From contig OX597833.1 in the NCBI GenBank assembly GCA_951406725.2, positions 62,806,001-62,870,000 of the forward strand: a DNA stretch of 64,000 nucleotides. Reading direction: 5' to 3'. The position numbers were made by a program, and so were the translations under genes. The notes under the pieces are model-generated. The model saw nothing but the letters and a program-made list of their open reading frames with translations. It did not search any database and was not told the DNA's origin. Below are positions 39,720 to 54,529 of the stretch, one piece after another. The stretch is from Octopus vulgaris. Lineage: Eukaryota. Positions within the stretch are counted from its first letter, which is position 1; each line of letters starts with the position of its first letter.

Positions 39720-39903
39720 GAACGCCATCATGTATGTATATATCACTACACACATTTTTTTTCTCTCCTTGTTTTTTCTGTGTCCCTTTCTGTAGAAGAG
39801 CGTAGGCTCGAAACGTAAAATACTTTTTCTATACCTGAGCGTTATACTAATACGTCTGTTTGTTTTGTACACCATCTGTCTTCGTCTTTTTTTCGTGAAC
39901 TCT

Positions 39904-39908
<5 letters not shown>
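39720..39908 (+). mobile_element. Penelope-pLTR-like short element with hammerhead variant (39786-39820)
   Basis: TTT-CTGTAGA-A-GAGC-GTAG-GCTC-GAAAC-GTA-AAA; ends in (TA)n. Confidence 0.7.
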
Positions 39909-39966
<58 letters not shown>

Positions 39967-40696
39967 GGTCCCGGGTTGAGTCGGGTTAACCACAGTAAAT
40001 AAGGTACTCAATACATAGCAGAGTAAAGTAATTTATTTTATAGAAGGAGCTTCTACAGGGCTAGAACTGTTTCATTCAGATGAAATCTTCATATATATAT
40101 TTTTGTCCCACTTGCTAACGATTCCACCAGCTCGCCGCCATTTTGCTTTTGGCGATAACAACATACAGAAATACACCGACCTATAACAATAACTTGGTTT
40201 ATCGGTCGTTTCTGCTTTGATTTAGAATTTAACAAAAAAAGAAAAATTCTAACAAAAAAACCCCAAAAAGAAACAATAAAATGAAAGAAAAGGAAGCAAA
40301 AATTCTTTGTGTATTTTTTTTTTTACCGCATTTTTTAAAAGCAATTTTCCTTCCTATTATAATTCGAAGAAGCAAAAATACAAAAGAAAAAAAATGAATA
40401 GTAAAAGTAGCATTACCTACGAAAGAGATAAACACAATATTATTTACAGGATATACATACATTACATACATACACACCTACATAAATACATACATACATG
40501 CATACATTATGTATATATATATATACGTATAGCCATACACGCACGTATAGTTAATTGTTATTTCATATATACATATATACACACACACACAGGTATATAC
40601 ATGTGTATGTATGTATGTATATATATATATATATATATACACACACATGTGTATATCTATCAATATATAAGATACATTTATGTATGTATGTATGTA

Positions 40697-40729
<33 letters not shown>

Positions 40730-41229
40730 ATGTATGTATGCATGTATGTATGTATGTATGTATGTATGTTTGTATGTGTGTATGCATGTATGTATGCATG
40801 TATGACTAAATGTATGTATGTATGCGTGTTTGGTGAGAGACTTATTTCGCACAAGTGTTATTTATTTTGTGTCGCTAATTCTGTACGGTTTTATTTTGTT
40901 ATTGCGGTTCCATTACCTAATTTAGGCAGTCAATGGTTAGCAGCAGTTGTGACATTCTTAATTTGAGGCCATCCAAAGTAATTCTGTGACCAATTTTTGA
41001 AGAGATGAGAAGGAAAAACAGAAAGCGGAATAAATTAGGCAGTCATTAGTAGAGAGAAGGAGAGAGAGAGAGAGGGGGGAGGGAGAGAGAGAATAGAGAG
41101 AGAGAAGGAGAGAGAGAGAAAGGGAGAGAAAGGGTTTATTAAAAGAGAGAGAGAGAGAGAGAAGCAACAGTGAGGGAGAAAGCGTGAGAGAGAATATGAG
41201 AGAGAGAGAGAGACTGAGGGACAACGTAT

Positions 41230-41271
<42 letters not shown>

Positions 41272-41571
41272 AATAGTAAGGGAGAAAGCGGGAGAGAGAA
41301 TATGAGAGAGTGAGAGACTGAGGGACAAGGTGTGAGAGAGAAAGAGAGAGAGGGGGAGAGGGAGAGAAAGGGGAGGGTCAAGGAGAGAAAGGGTTTATTA
41401 AAAGAGAGAGAGAGGGTGAGGGAGAGAGAGAAAAAGCAACAGTGAGGTAGAGAGCGTCAGAGAGAGAATATGAGAGAGAGAGAGAGAGACTGAGGGACAA
41501 CGTATGAGAGAGAAAGATAGAGAGATTGAGATAGAAAGATAGAGAGAGAAAGTAAGAGAGAGAGAAAGAGA

Positions 41572-41605
<34 letters not shown>

Positions 41606-41716
41606 TTGGTCCATTAGCGTAAAATGATTTCAATTATGTTACGATAGTGTTCAAGTCAACAAGAATTTACAGCAGAGTTTACAGACTCCATTCTTTCTCT
41701 CTGCGCGCATACACAC

Positions 41717-41747
<31 letters not shown>

Positions 41748-41794
41748 CGCGCGTGTGTGTCCCCTCATGAACCCCCACCCACGTTCACATATAT

Positions 41795-42778
<984 letters not shown>

Positions 42779-43330
42779 TATTTCATTTTATTTGCCATAA
42801 AGTCAGTATAAAGTGTAGCTGCGGGCTGGACAAACACATTAATGAATGAAAATGAAATAAAATGAATAAATGAGAGACGAAATGTGTTTTTCTTGGTCGT
42901 ACATACGGGATGCGTGACCTCAAACATCTATGGTATATTTCTGTTGTCCCCTACTGCAGTGTGCCACTGGTAAGGTTGATTAATTGTACAACGGGAATAT
43001 ATATTGAGAATTTAGCAAAAGTCATTGCATGTCTTGCCAAACACTGAAGAAGTGATTATGCAAGATTATATTATGTTTCAAAAGGATTATTTAATCACGA
43101 CAGTAATTTAGCGATACGCGTGTATGTTCATTGTCCTTGAAAGCATTGAATACAATATCTGTTTTCTGCATGTTATAAATACTATATGTTCTTATACACA
43201 CGCATACATTCGTACACATGTGTATGTATATACTCACACGTATATGTATGAATGTGAATGTGTGTATGTATATGTGTATATATGTACATATGTGTGCATG
43301 TGTGTGGTATATATATTTATATATATATAT

Positions 43331-43474
43331 ATTGGGGGTAGTCAGGATTTGGAAATATAATTATTAATTTAGCGCTTTCGTCCCTTTTAGGGATTCAGCA
43401 CGATGAATCTCCAAAAGGGACGAAAGCGCTAATATATATATAACTTTCCCCTCCAAATCCTGAGTACCCCCATT
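43331..43474. repeat. Nested inverted repeat (foldback) with hammerhead-like halves
   Basis: ttagcgctttcgtccctttt / aaaagggacgaaagcgctaa (20/20) and gggggtagtcaggatttgga / tccaaatcctgagtaccccc (19/20). Confidence 0.85.
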
Positions 43475-43721
43475 TTCTTTATATATAAAATTCGTACACC
43501 ACTTCAAAAGAATCTATATATACATATATACATACATACGTACATACATACATACATATGTTCATACAGACATACGTTCATACATACATACATACATACA
43601 TACATACATACATACATACATACATACATACATACATACATTCATACATACATACACACATATACAGGTATGTATGTGTGTGTATATATGTATATATATA
43701 TATTTACATATCTGTATGTTT

Positions 43722-43753
<32 letters not shown>

Positions 43754-43823
43754 ACACATATATATGATACAAAAGTGCAAGTGTATATATGTTTTTGCGT
43801 AACCATGTAGATATACGTGTATG

Positions 43824-43873
<50 letters not shown>

Positions 43874-44058
43874 GCGCGCGTGCGTATCTATTTACCTATC
43901 TATGTATATATAAGGACTTCTGGTAACTTGACTGAGGAATGAAGGCCACGAATGACCTGCCTGTTTCTACCTGTCCTTCTAATTATTGTTTCTCCTGACC
44001 GCCTTTGTATCGTCTGTCTCTCCGAATGTTTTATTGTCCTCTACTGCGTTCATGTTCC

Positions 44059-44099
<41 letters not shown>

Positions 44100-44104
<5 letters not shown>

Positions 44105-44512
44105 CTTTACTACACAGAAGGGGCTAAACATAGAGGGGACAGACAAGGACAGACAAACGGATTAAGTCGATTATATCGACTCCAGTGCGTAACTGGTACT
44201 TATTTAATCGACCCCGAAAGGATGAAAGGCAAAGTCGACCTCGGCGAAATTTGAACTCAGAACGTAACGGCAAATGAAACACCTATTTCTTTATTACTCA
44301 CAAGGGGCTAAACACAGAGAGGACAAACAAGGACAGACATAGGTATTAAGTCGATTATATCGACCCCAGTGCGTAACTTAACTGGTACTTATTTAATCGA
44401 CCCCGAAAGGATGAAAGGCAAAGTCGACCTCGGCGTAATTTGAACTCATCTAACGTAACGGCAGACGAAATACCGCTAAGCATTTCGCCCGGCGCGCTAA
44501 CGATTCTGCTAA
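44100..44512 (-). mobile_element. SINE family B dimer, tail abutting (TA)n
   Basis: Matches family B long + short arrangement. Confidence 0.9.
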
Positions 44513-44545
44513 TCACACGCAGATACACGCACATACGCACACGCA

Positions 44546-44585
<40 letters not shown>

Positions 44586-44920
44586 TATATATATATACGC
44601 ACACACAAATGCATACCTACCTATCATGCAATTTGGTATTGTGACAACATGACCGAGTGCTACAGCTTGTATTGTGCCGTGTCACTCATTTCGTTGGCTT
44701 TTGTTCTGACCGACATTTCTCTGTCGACAGTGTCCCCCTCTGGGAGAGAAGACAACTCCTGTCACATGTCATCGCTGAGAGAAACACGTAAAGTAAAAAG
44801 AAGAAAAATTAAAAAGATAGAAAGAAAAGCTTTACATAAAAATATATAAATCTAATAAAACAATATATAATGAATTTATTGCTGGCTTCAGTGTCTGTCT
44901 GTCTGTCCGTCCGTCCGTCC

Positions 44921-44956
<36 letters not shown>

Positions 44957-44957
44957 G

Positions 44958-45021
<64 letters not shown>

Positions 45022-45101
45022 GTTATCTATCTACCTGTCTGTCTGTCTGTCTGTCTGTCTCTCTGTCTTTCTATCTCTTTGTCTGTCTGTGTATCTGTCT
45101 T

Positions 45102-45137
<36 letters not shown>

Positions 45138-45155
45138 AGCTTCTCTGTCTGCCTA

Positions 45156-45194
<39 letters not shown>

Positions 45195-45311
45195 ACCTGT
45201 CTGTCTCTCTGTCTGTCTGTCTGTCTCTCTGTCTTTCTATCTCTTTGTCTGTCTGTGTATCTGTCTTTCTTTCTCTCTCTCTCTCTCTCTGTCAGCTTCT
45301 CTGTCTGCCTA

Positions 45312-45347
<36 letters not shown>

Positions 45348-45488
45348 CCTGTCTGTCTGTCTGTCTGTCTGTCTTTCTATCTCTTTGTCTGTCTGTGTAT
45401 CTGCCTTTCTTTCTCTCTCTCTCTCTCTTGTCTGCTTGTCTGTTTGCCTGTCTGTCTGTCAGCTTCTCTGTCTGCCTCTCTCTCTCTG

Positions 45489-45520
<32 letters not shown>

Positions 45521-45706
45521 GTCCGTTTGTTTGTCTGTCTTACTCTTTTACTCTTTTACTCTTTTACTTGTTTCAGTCATTTGACTGCGGCCATGCTGGA
45601 GCACCACCTTTTTAGTCGAGCAAATCGACCCCGGGAATTATTCTTTGTAAGCCCAGTACTTATTCTATCGGTCTCTTTTGCCGAACCGCTTAGTGACGGG
45701 GACGTG

Positions 45707-45771
<65 letters not shown>

Positions 45772-46089
45772 CTATCTGCCTGTCTGCCAGTCCGTCCGTC
45801 CGTCTCTCTGTCTCCCAATATCCGCACGAAGCAGTATTTCTATATCTCTTTTCTCATTTACTGTTTTTCTCCGTGCATATACGCGTGTGTGTGTGTATAC
45901 GCATGTAGATGTGTATGTTTGTAGGAATGCATGAATGCGTTTATGAGTCTATGAGTACGCGAACGTGATCTGTGTCCTCAAATACACACATATACACACA
46001 CTTACACGCCCACCACACATTCATTCAGGTATACGCGCTGACATAGAAAAACATATATACATACAAGCATACACACACGCACACACAGA

Positions 46090-46135
<46 letters not shown>

Positions 46136-46209
46136 TATATATATATAATATATATATACATACATATATATAATATATATACATACATACATACATATAT
46201 ATATATAAT

Positions 46210-46241
<32 letters not shown>

Positions 46242-46305
46242 CACTATATATACATACATGCATATATATATAATATATATACATACATATATATATATGA
46301 TATAT

Positions 46306-46336
<31 letters not shown>

Positions 46337-46356
46337 ATATATACATACATACATAC

Positions 46357-46389
<33 letters not shown>

Positions 46390-46403
46390 TGTATGTATGT
46401 ATG

Positions 46404-46479
<76 letters not shown>

Positions 46480-46824
46480 TAGACAAACAGTTGGTGTAAT
46501 CTAAACGAATATCTAATGTTATGTGTGTGAGATTTAAATGGGAAATCAAGGTTGCCGAAATTTGGTTCAGAAAGGTCAAAGATCAGATGGCATATATTTT
46601 GCTTTTTGTTTTTTTTTTTTGGGGGGGGAGAAGGTGGTGAAATTTGTGATATATATATATATATATATGTATATATATGTATATATGAATTTCATGTCAA
46701 ACAATATTAGAAAATAAAAACGAAAGAAAGAAATATTAAGCCCAAAAAAAAAATAAATATTTGAAACGACAGCTTGGAGAAAGGAAAAAAAAAAATTATG
46801 ACAAAATTGTTTTGTAAAATGAAT

Positions 46825-46870
<46 letters not shown>

Positions 46871-47259
46871 GCAGACAGACAGAAACAAAAAAAAATTAAT
46901 ATGAAATTGTTCTATTTTTGTTCATTTTTTTTTTTTGTTAATGAAAGGAAAAAGAAGCGGCTGAAAATATAGAGAGAATGTGGGAAAGAATGATAGAAAG
47001 AGAGCGAGAGGTTGTGCGAAAAATATCTTTAGCGTTTTGAAAAAAATGCTTTTCAATCAACGGTAGATTCGCAGACAAGGTATTTCGTTGTTACAGTTTG
47101 ACCCCCGCCATTAAAAGGCAAACCTAATTCCTAACACCGTTGAATACCCCCGCTTGTTATTGAGTTGTTAAAAGATAAACCACATTTAGTAGTAGACCTA
47201 ATCTGTCGCCTTGTGTAACACCACCGTCTAGTATTTTGTTGCTATTGTACAAAATCGTA

Positions 47260-47717
47260 GGATCTTTTCCGTTTGAACGGCAGTTTTTAACATAACTTCT
47301 AGGTACCTAAAAAATTTTAAACTTCCTATACTGGTAGAAAGTGTTTATAAAACATCTTTTTCTCTTGGCTTTATTGAGAAAATTCTATAGTTTGTAAGAT
47401 ATTTGTTTTTTTTTCTTCAATTTCTGCAACTTCTACCAACCACTGACGTCTATTGAGGTGAAAACCATTCTGTGCCGTATGAATATGTCCCTTGTTTAAG
47501 AAACAGATTGGGTTTATTTACATTAGTGAAGAAAAAAAGATGCCCTTCCCCCACCCCTAACCCTAACTAACCCTAACCCTAACCCTAAAGATAACCCTAA
47601 CTAACCCTAACCCTTAAAGAGATTGAAATGCTGTAGATCGATTCTAGGGTCATCATTATGGGTGACAATTTCATATGACACCGCTAGAAAAAACTGCCGT
47701 TGAAACCGAAAAGATCC
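47260..47717 (+). mobile_element. Non-autonomous TIR element (~29-bp TIRs) with internal (CCCTAA)n-like repeats, copy 1
   Basis: GGATCTTTTCCGTTTGAACGGCAGTTTTT ... AAAAACTGCCGTTGAAACCGAAAAGATCC. Confidence 0.88.
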
Positions 47718-47907
47718 GCGCCGTTGAATACCCCCACTTGTTATTGAGTTGTTAAAAGATAAACCACATTTAGTAGTAGACCTAATCTGTCGCCCTGTTT
47801 AACACCACCGCCTAGAATTCTGTTGATATTGTACAAAATCGTAGAATACTTTTTATACACCAATTTCAAATCCGTGCAGAGTAGTGGTTCTTAACCACCC
47901 ATTTTTT

Positions 47908-48322
47908 GGATCTTTTCGGTTTGAACAGCCGTTTTTTCTAGCGGTGTCATATGAAATTGTCACCCATAATTATAACCCTAGTATCGATCTATTGCATTTC
48001 AATCTGTTTTAGGGTTAGGTTAGGGGTGGGGGAAAGGGTATCTTTTTTTTCTTCACAAATGTAAATAAACCCAATCGGTTTCTTAATCGAGGGACATATT
48101 CATACGGCACAAAATGTTTTTTTTTCTCAATAGACGTCATTGATTGGTTGAAATTGCAGAGATTGAAAAAAACCCCCAAATATCTTACAAACTATAGAAT
48201 TTTCTCAATAAAGCCAAGAGAAAAAGATGTTTTATAAACACATTCTACAAGTATACGAAGTTTAAAATTTTTTAGTTACCTAGAAATTATGTTAAAAACT
48301 GCCGTTCAAACCGAAAAGATCC
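47908..48322 (-). mobile_element. Same TIR element, copy 2, inverted
   Basis: Reverse complement of copy 1 with a shorter TTAGGG tract. Confidence 0.88.
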
Positions 48323-48440
48323 TACTTTTTTAATGCTCCCCCTTTTCGTTCAACAGCGAAATGGTTGAAACATTGGTAAGTAGCTTGCTTACCAACCACA
48401 AGAGATGAGGAATTATGTACATTTTTTGCATTATTTACAC

Positions 48441-48852
48441 TCTTTTACTCTTTTACTCTTTTACTTGTTTCAGTCATTTGACTGCGGCCATGCTGGAGCA
48501 CCGCCTTTAATCGAGCAACTCGACCCCGGGATTTATTCTTTTGTAAGCCCAGTACTTATTCTATCGGTCTCTTTTGCCGAACCGCTAAGTAACGGGGACA
48601 TAAACACACCAGCATCAGTTGTCAAGCAATGCTAGGGGGACAAACACAGACACACAAACACAGACGCACACATATATATATACATATATACGATGGGCTT
48701 CTTTCAGTTTCCGTCTACCAAATCCACTCACAAAGCTTTGGTCGGCCCGAGGCTATAGTAGAAGACACTTGCCCAAGGTGCCACGCAGTGGGACTGAACC
48801 CGGAACCATGTGGTTGGTAAACAAGCTACTTACCACACAGCCACTCCTACAC
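48441..48852 (-). mobile_element. SINE family A with probable TATTTACA target duplication
   Basis: Matches family A; tatttaca on both sides. Confidence 0.9.
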
Positions 48853-49101
48853 TATTTACATTCGACGGATATATGGCGTAGTGGTTAAGAGCGTGGGCTA
48901 CTAAGTAACCCCAAGATTCCGAGTTCGATTCCAAGCAGTGACCTGAACAACAACAACAACAACATCGAAAAATACCTTAAGAATGAGAACCCAGGTTCGA
49001 AATTTTCCCAAGACACCTGAAGAAGGCTGTGGGTATATCAGCCGAAACGTTGTGTTAACAACAAAGAAGATGAGGACAAATATCCGTCACATGTAAATAA
49101 T
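48853..49101 (+). mobile_element. SINE family G: tRNA-like head + (AAC)n + hammerhead-containing tail, bounded by 20-bp inverted repeats
   Basis: A-box 48874-48884, B-box 48921-48932, HHR 49013-49055, inverted repeats 48853-48872 / 49080-49099. Confidence 0.75.
49013..49055 (+). ncRNA. Minimal type I hammerhead ribozyme motif
   Basis: ACAC-CTGAAGA-A-GGCTG-(9 nt)-CAGCC-GAAAC-GTT-GTGT; stems I and II pair perfectly, palindromic AACGTT stem III. Confidence 0.72.
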
Positions 49102-49559
49102 CTATGAAATAAAGTGTCTTGCTCAAGGACACAACGCGTCGCCAGGAATCGAACTCATGATATTACGATCGTGAGTTGAGAAATTTTAGCTTCTAAAACG
49201 CTAAAAAAGTGTTCAGCTCGTAATTAGTGTCAGGAGCGGATCGAAGGTTGGGGTGACCGCGGGAAAAGGGAATTTCTTCAAACCGGACCCAGGTAAAAAA
49301 AATTAAAAAATTGCTCGCAACAGAGTGGACCCTACTAATGGAACCTAAGGGTGAACTGGTGGTGTTAAACCAGCTAAGGGATTAAATTTGCTATCCAAGA
49401 ACTCAGAATATAAAGAGAAGACATTTTAACAACTCCATTCTGGATCGGTTGTTTATGTTATCGATCTTGAAAGGATGGGGTGGGAAAAAAAGATCCATGA
49501 CGTTGATTGGATTTGAACGTGGAACAAATAGTACAAGACGTTTTTTTTTTATTCCACTG

Positions 49560-49690
49560 GCCCTCTGAAATACAGGTACAACTCATTTTTGCCAGCTGAG
49601 TGGACTGGAGCAACATGAAATAAAGTGTCTTGCTCAAGGACACAACGCGTCGCCAGGAATCGAACTCACGGCCTTACGATTGTGAGCTGC
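49560..49690 (-). mobile_element. SINE head D fragment with start of tail G (partial duplicate at 49103-49220)
   Basis: Matches 27125-27255. Confidence 0.8.
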
Positions 49691-49734
49691 GAAATTTTAG
49701 CTTCTAAAACGCTAAAAAAAGTGGTCAGCTTGCA

Positions 49735-50150
49735 CTCTTTTACTCTTTTACTTGTTTCAGTCATTTGACTGCGGCCATGCTGGAGCACCGCCTTTAATCG
49801 AGCAACTCGACCCCGGGACTTATTCTTTGTAAGCCCAGTACTTATTCTATCGGTGTCTTTTTGCCGAACCGCTAAGTAACGGGGACATACACACACCAGC
49901 ATCGGTTGTCAAGCAATGCTAGGGGAACAAACACAGACACACAAACACACACACATACATATATATATAAATATACATATATACGACAGGCTTCTTTCAG
50001 TTTCCGTCTACCAAATCCACTCACAAGGCATTGGTCGGCCCGGGGCTATAGCAGAAAACACTTGCCCAAGATGCCACGCAGTGGGACTGAACCCGGAACC
50101 ATGTGGTTTGTTAGCAAGCTACTTACCACCACACAGCCACTCCTGCGCCT
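49735..50150 (-). mobile_element. SINE family A, full length
   Basis: Matches family A. Confidence 0.92.
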
Positions 50151-50544
50151 ATTGCCACTCCTGCCACTCCTGCACTGGTTGTTTATTTTATCGATCTTGA
50201 AAGGATGGGATGGAAAAAAAAACAACCCATAACGTTGATCGGATTTGAACGTGGAACAAATAGTACAAGACAGTTTTTATCCCACTGGTTAACGTCTCTG
50301 CCACTCCGCCACCAACGCTGAATGAACATTTCTTTTTATAACAAAATTTGTTGATGCCTTTTATGAATGGCCTGGCCGTGATAATTTAGAATCTCACTCA
50401 CCTCCTAATTTTACAAATAAAAGATTTATTTATCCTTCAGTTGTGCGATTACCTTCAATTTGTTAATCGCGACTTAATCCTTTCCTCTGCCGCTTACGTC
50501 ACTAATCCAAGATCCAGTCTTAAAAAGAGATTTTTAATTAGCAG

Positions 50545-50617
<73 letters not shown>

Positions 50618-51172
50618 TCTCTATTGCTGCTGCTGCTGCTACTACTACTACTACGACTACTACTACGACTACTGCTGCTGCTGCTGCTACTACTACTGTT
50701 GCTGCTGCTGCTGCTGCAATAAGGCCTACGCCTACAATAATTGGTGTCTTTGCAAAAACCATTGCGTACGTGATCCATTGTTGCGGGCGAATTTATGCCT
50801 GGCTGCTCAGCACGGTCGTGAAATCTAAGCTTACTCGGGTTACAAGCCTACTGTCCTGGATTCAGGCCTCACCCTGGCTACCCGGTTTTGCCTTTTGTCC
50901 TTCTGTGGGGGTCGATGAGATGAAACCCCTGTCAAATGATTTATCTTTTCCTCCCATTGTTTGATAAAAAGAATCTGTAAGTATTCTTGAGGTTATATTA
51001 AGTATCAGGATTGTATGTGTGTGTGTGCGTGTGTGCGTGTATATGTCTATGTATGTGTGTGTGTGCGTGTATGCATGTGTGTATGTGTGTATGTGTGTGT
51101 GTGTGTGCGTGTGTATGTGTGTGTATGTATATATGCATACGTACAGATACACACGCATATATATATATATAT

Positions 51173-51345
51173 CTTTTCTACTCTAGGCACAAGGCCTGAA
51201 ATTTTCTTGGGGTGGGGGAAGTCGATTAGATCGGCCCCAGTACGCATCTGGTACTTAATTTATCGACCCCGAAAAGCAAAGTCGACCGCGGCGGAATTTG
51301 AACTCAGAACGTAAGGACAGACCGCTAAGCTTTTCTGCCAGCTCG
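51173..51345 (-). mobile_element. SINE family B with the alternative tail
   Basis: Tail matches 17820-17880. Confidence 0.8.
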
Positions 51346-51364
51346 ACTTATTTATGTTTATACA

Positions 51365-51413
<49 letters not shown>

Positions 51414-51549
51414 GTGTATATATATATACACACATACAAACATATGTATATGCATATACATATATACATACACACATATATATATATTGTATTTGCTATA
51501 TATACATATATATAAATATATACATATACATATATACATATATATACAT

Positions 51550-51613
<64 letters not shown>

Positions 51614-51894
51614 ATATATATATGCAAGATACAGATAGGGAAATAATTTTATTCTGAAACGCAAGATAATGGTAATAACATAGCATGAAGAGGTTAAGCT
51701 ATCCGTATCTTTCAGAAAAATCTGTCGGCTGCCAGTCGATGCTTTATCTTTTTCATGCTATATCATTACCATTATCCTCGCTTTGAGAATAAGATTATCT
51801 GTTTATTCGTATCTTTCAATACATCTCAACGATTCTAAAGCAAACTTTGTTGACTTTCAACGGAAGTTGAATTTATATACACATGTATATATTT

Positions 51895-52610
<716 letters not shown>

Positions 52611-52616
<6 letters not shown>

Positions 52617-52721
52617 GCCAACATAACATGGCACTCCTGGTTTAGGACGAATGCTGCTGTAATTTAGCCTCAGGCGACATCGTCTCCAGCTGGCTATACG
52701 GCACGATCTGTTGGCAAATAA
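52611..52721. mobile_element. Possible 111-bp MITE
   Basis: Perfect 13-bp inverted ends ttatttgccaaca / tgttggcaaataa. Confidence 0.45.
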
Positions 52722-52802
52722 CCTTTACTCCAAAGAACTGTTGCTGAATATCTGTCGTTATGAGATTTATAAATAGGATGAAAGAATATGCATACATAGA
52801 TT

Positions 52803-53209
52803 AGGCGCAGGAGTGGCTGTGTGGTAAGTAGCTTGCTAACCAACTACATGGTTCCGGGTTCAGTCCCACTGCGTGGCATCTTGGGCAAGTGTCTTCTGCT
52901 ATAGCCCCGGGCCGACCAATGCCTTGTGAGTGGATTTGGTAGACGGAAACTGAAAGAAGCCTGTCGTATATATGTATATTTAGATATATATGTATGTGTG
53001 TGTGTTTGTGTGTCTGTGTTTGTTCCCCTAGCATTGCTTGGCAACCGATGCTGGTGTGTTTACATCCCCGTCAGTTAGCGGTTCGGCAAAAAGAGACCGA
53101 TAGAATAAGTACTGGGCTTACAAAAAGAATAAGTCCCGGGGTCGAGTTGCTCGACTAAAGGAGGTGCTCCAGCATGGCCGCAGTCAAATGACTGAAACAA
53201 GTAAAGAGT
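52803..53209 (+). mobile_element. SINE family A, full length
   Basis: Matches family A. Confidence 0.92.
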
Positions 53210-53554
53210 ACTGTTTCGTTAGAAGTATGATCAACAAAAAATGTACTCCAGTGAGAGATAAATATTTAATGTCTGTACTATTTAAAATAAGAGTTACTAA
53301 TGGTTTCTCGCCATAAAACACTGAGATTATGCAGAATTATATAATGCACTCTTGTGTCGCCAAGCAATCTTCAGGCTTAGGGTACGTGGTTTTAAAATAG
53401 ATGTAATCATGGGCCCTGAGCTTGAAGATTGCTTGGAGACACAAGACATTAGATACATTAGATACATTCATTTGTGACATAAACATACGGCGACATAAAC
53501 ATACCAGCATCGGTTGTCAAGCGATGTTGGGGGGGACAAACACAGACACACAAC

Positions 53555-53599
<45 letters not shown>

Positions 53600-53696
53600 G
53601 TATATATATATATACATATATACGACGAGCTTCTTTTCAGTTTCCGTCTACCAACTCCATTCACAAGGCTTTATATATATATAAGAAAGCTTCTTT

Positions 53697-53735
<39 letters not shown>

Positions 53736-53758
53736 GTCATCGTCACCATCATCATCAC

Positions 53759-53796
<38 letters not shown>

Positions 53797-54164
53797 CCAC
53801 CACCACCACCACCACCACCACCACCACCACCTCACCACCACCACCATCACCATCATCATCATCATCATCACTATCATCATCATCGTCATAATCGTCGTCG
53901 TCGTCGTCGTCGTCGTCGTCATCATCATCATCATCATCATCATCATCAGTAGCAACAGTAGCAGCTAATTGCACAGCGTGAGCTCGCTAAAGGTGTCCAT
54001 GCCCCACGGCGCGCTGAAAACTTTTGCTACGCCCCTGCTCTATCAGCTTATTTTATTCCTGCTGGAGTCGGAGTCGTAAGGACGTCTGTCGTGCCATACG
54101 GCATGTGTTGGGCACTTTTAACCGGGTGGGATCCAACCTTTTCCGGATCTGATTTCTTGCATAC

Positions 54165-54243
<79 letters not shown>

Positions 54244-54529
54244 AAAAACCAAGCACTGTTAGATTTTTATCGACCCAGCAAAGATGAAAGGTACGGTTGA
54301 CCTTGGTCGCTTTCGAAGTTAGTGTGCAGAGAACCGGAAGAAATACAGTCTGTCCGCCGCCATAACCACTCTGTCAGATTACCGCCATCTAGATTAGCCT
54401 AATTCAAAAGATGTCTTTATCTTAGCTTTTCTTCCCCAATCCAGATAAACAGTTAGATTATCCAAAAATCAGTTTCATGATTCATAATCACTGAAACACC
54501 GATTTAACTCCTGTATTATTAACTCCTCT

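Noticed and set aside
47555-47615. (CCCTAA)n as a telomere or chromosome fusion scar
   Set aside because: Short, degenerate and internal to a TIR element that has a second copy nearby.
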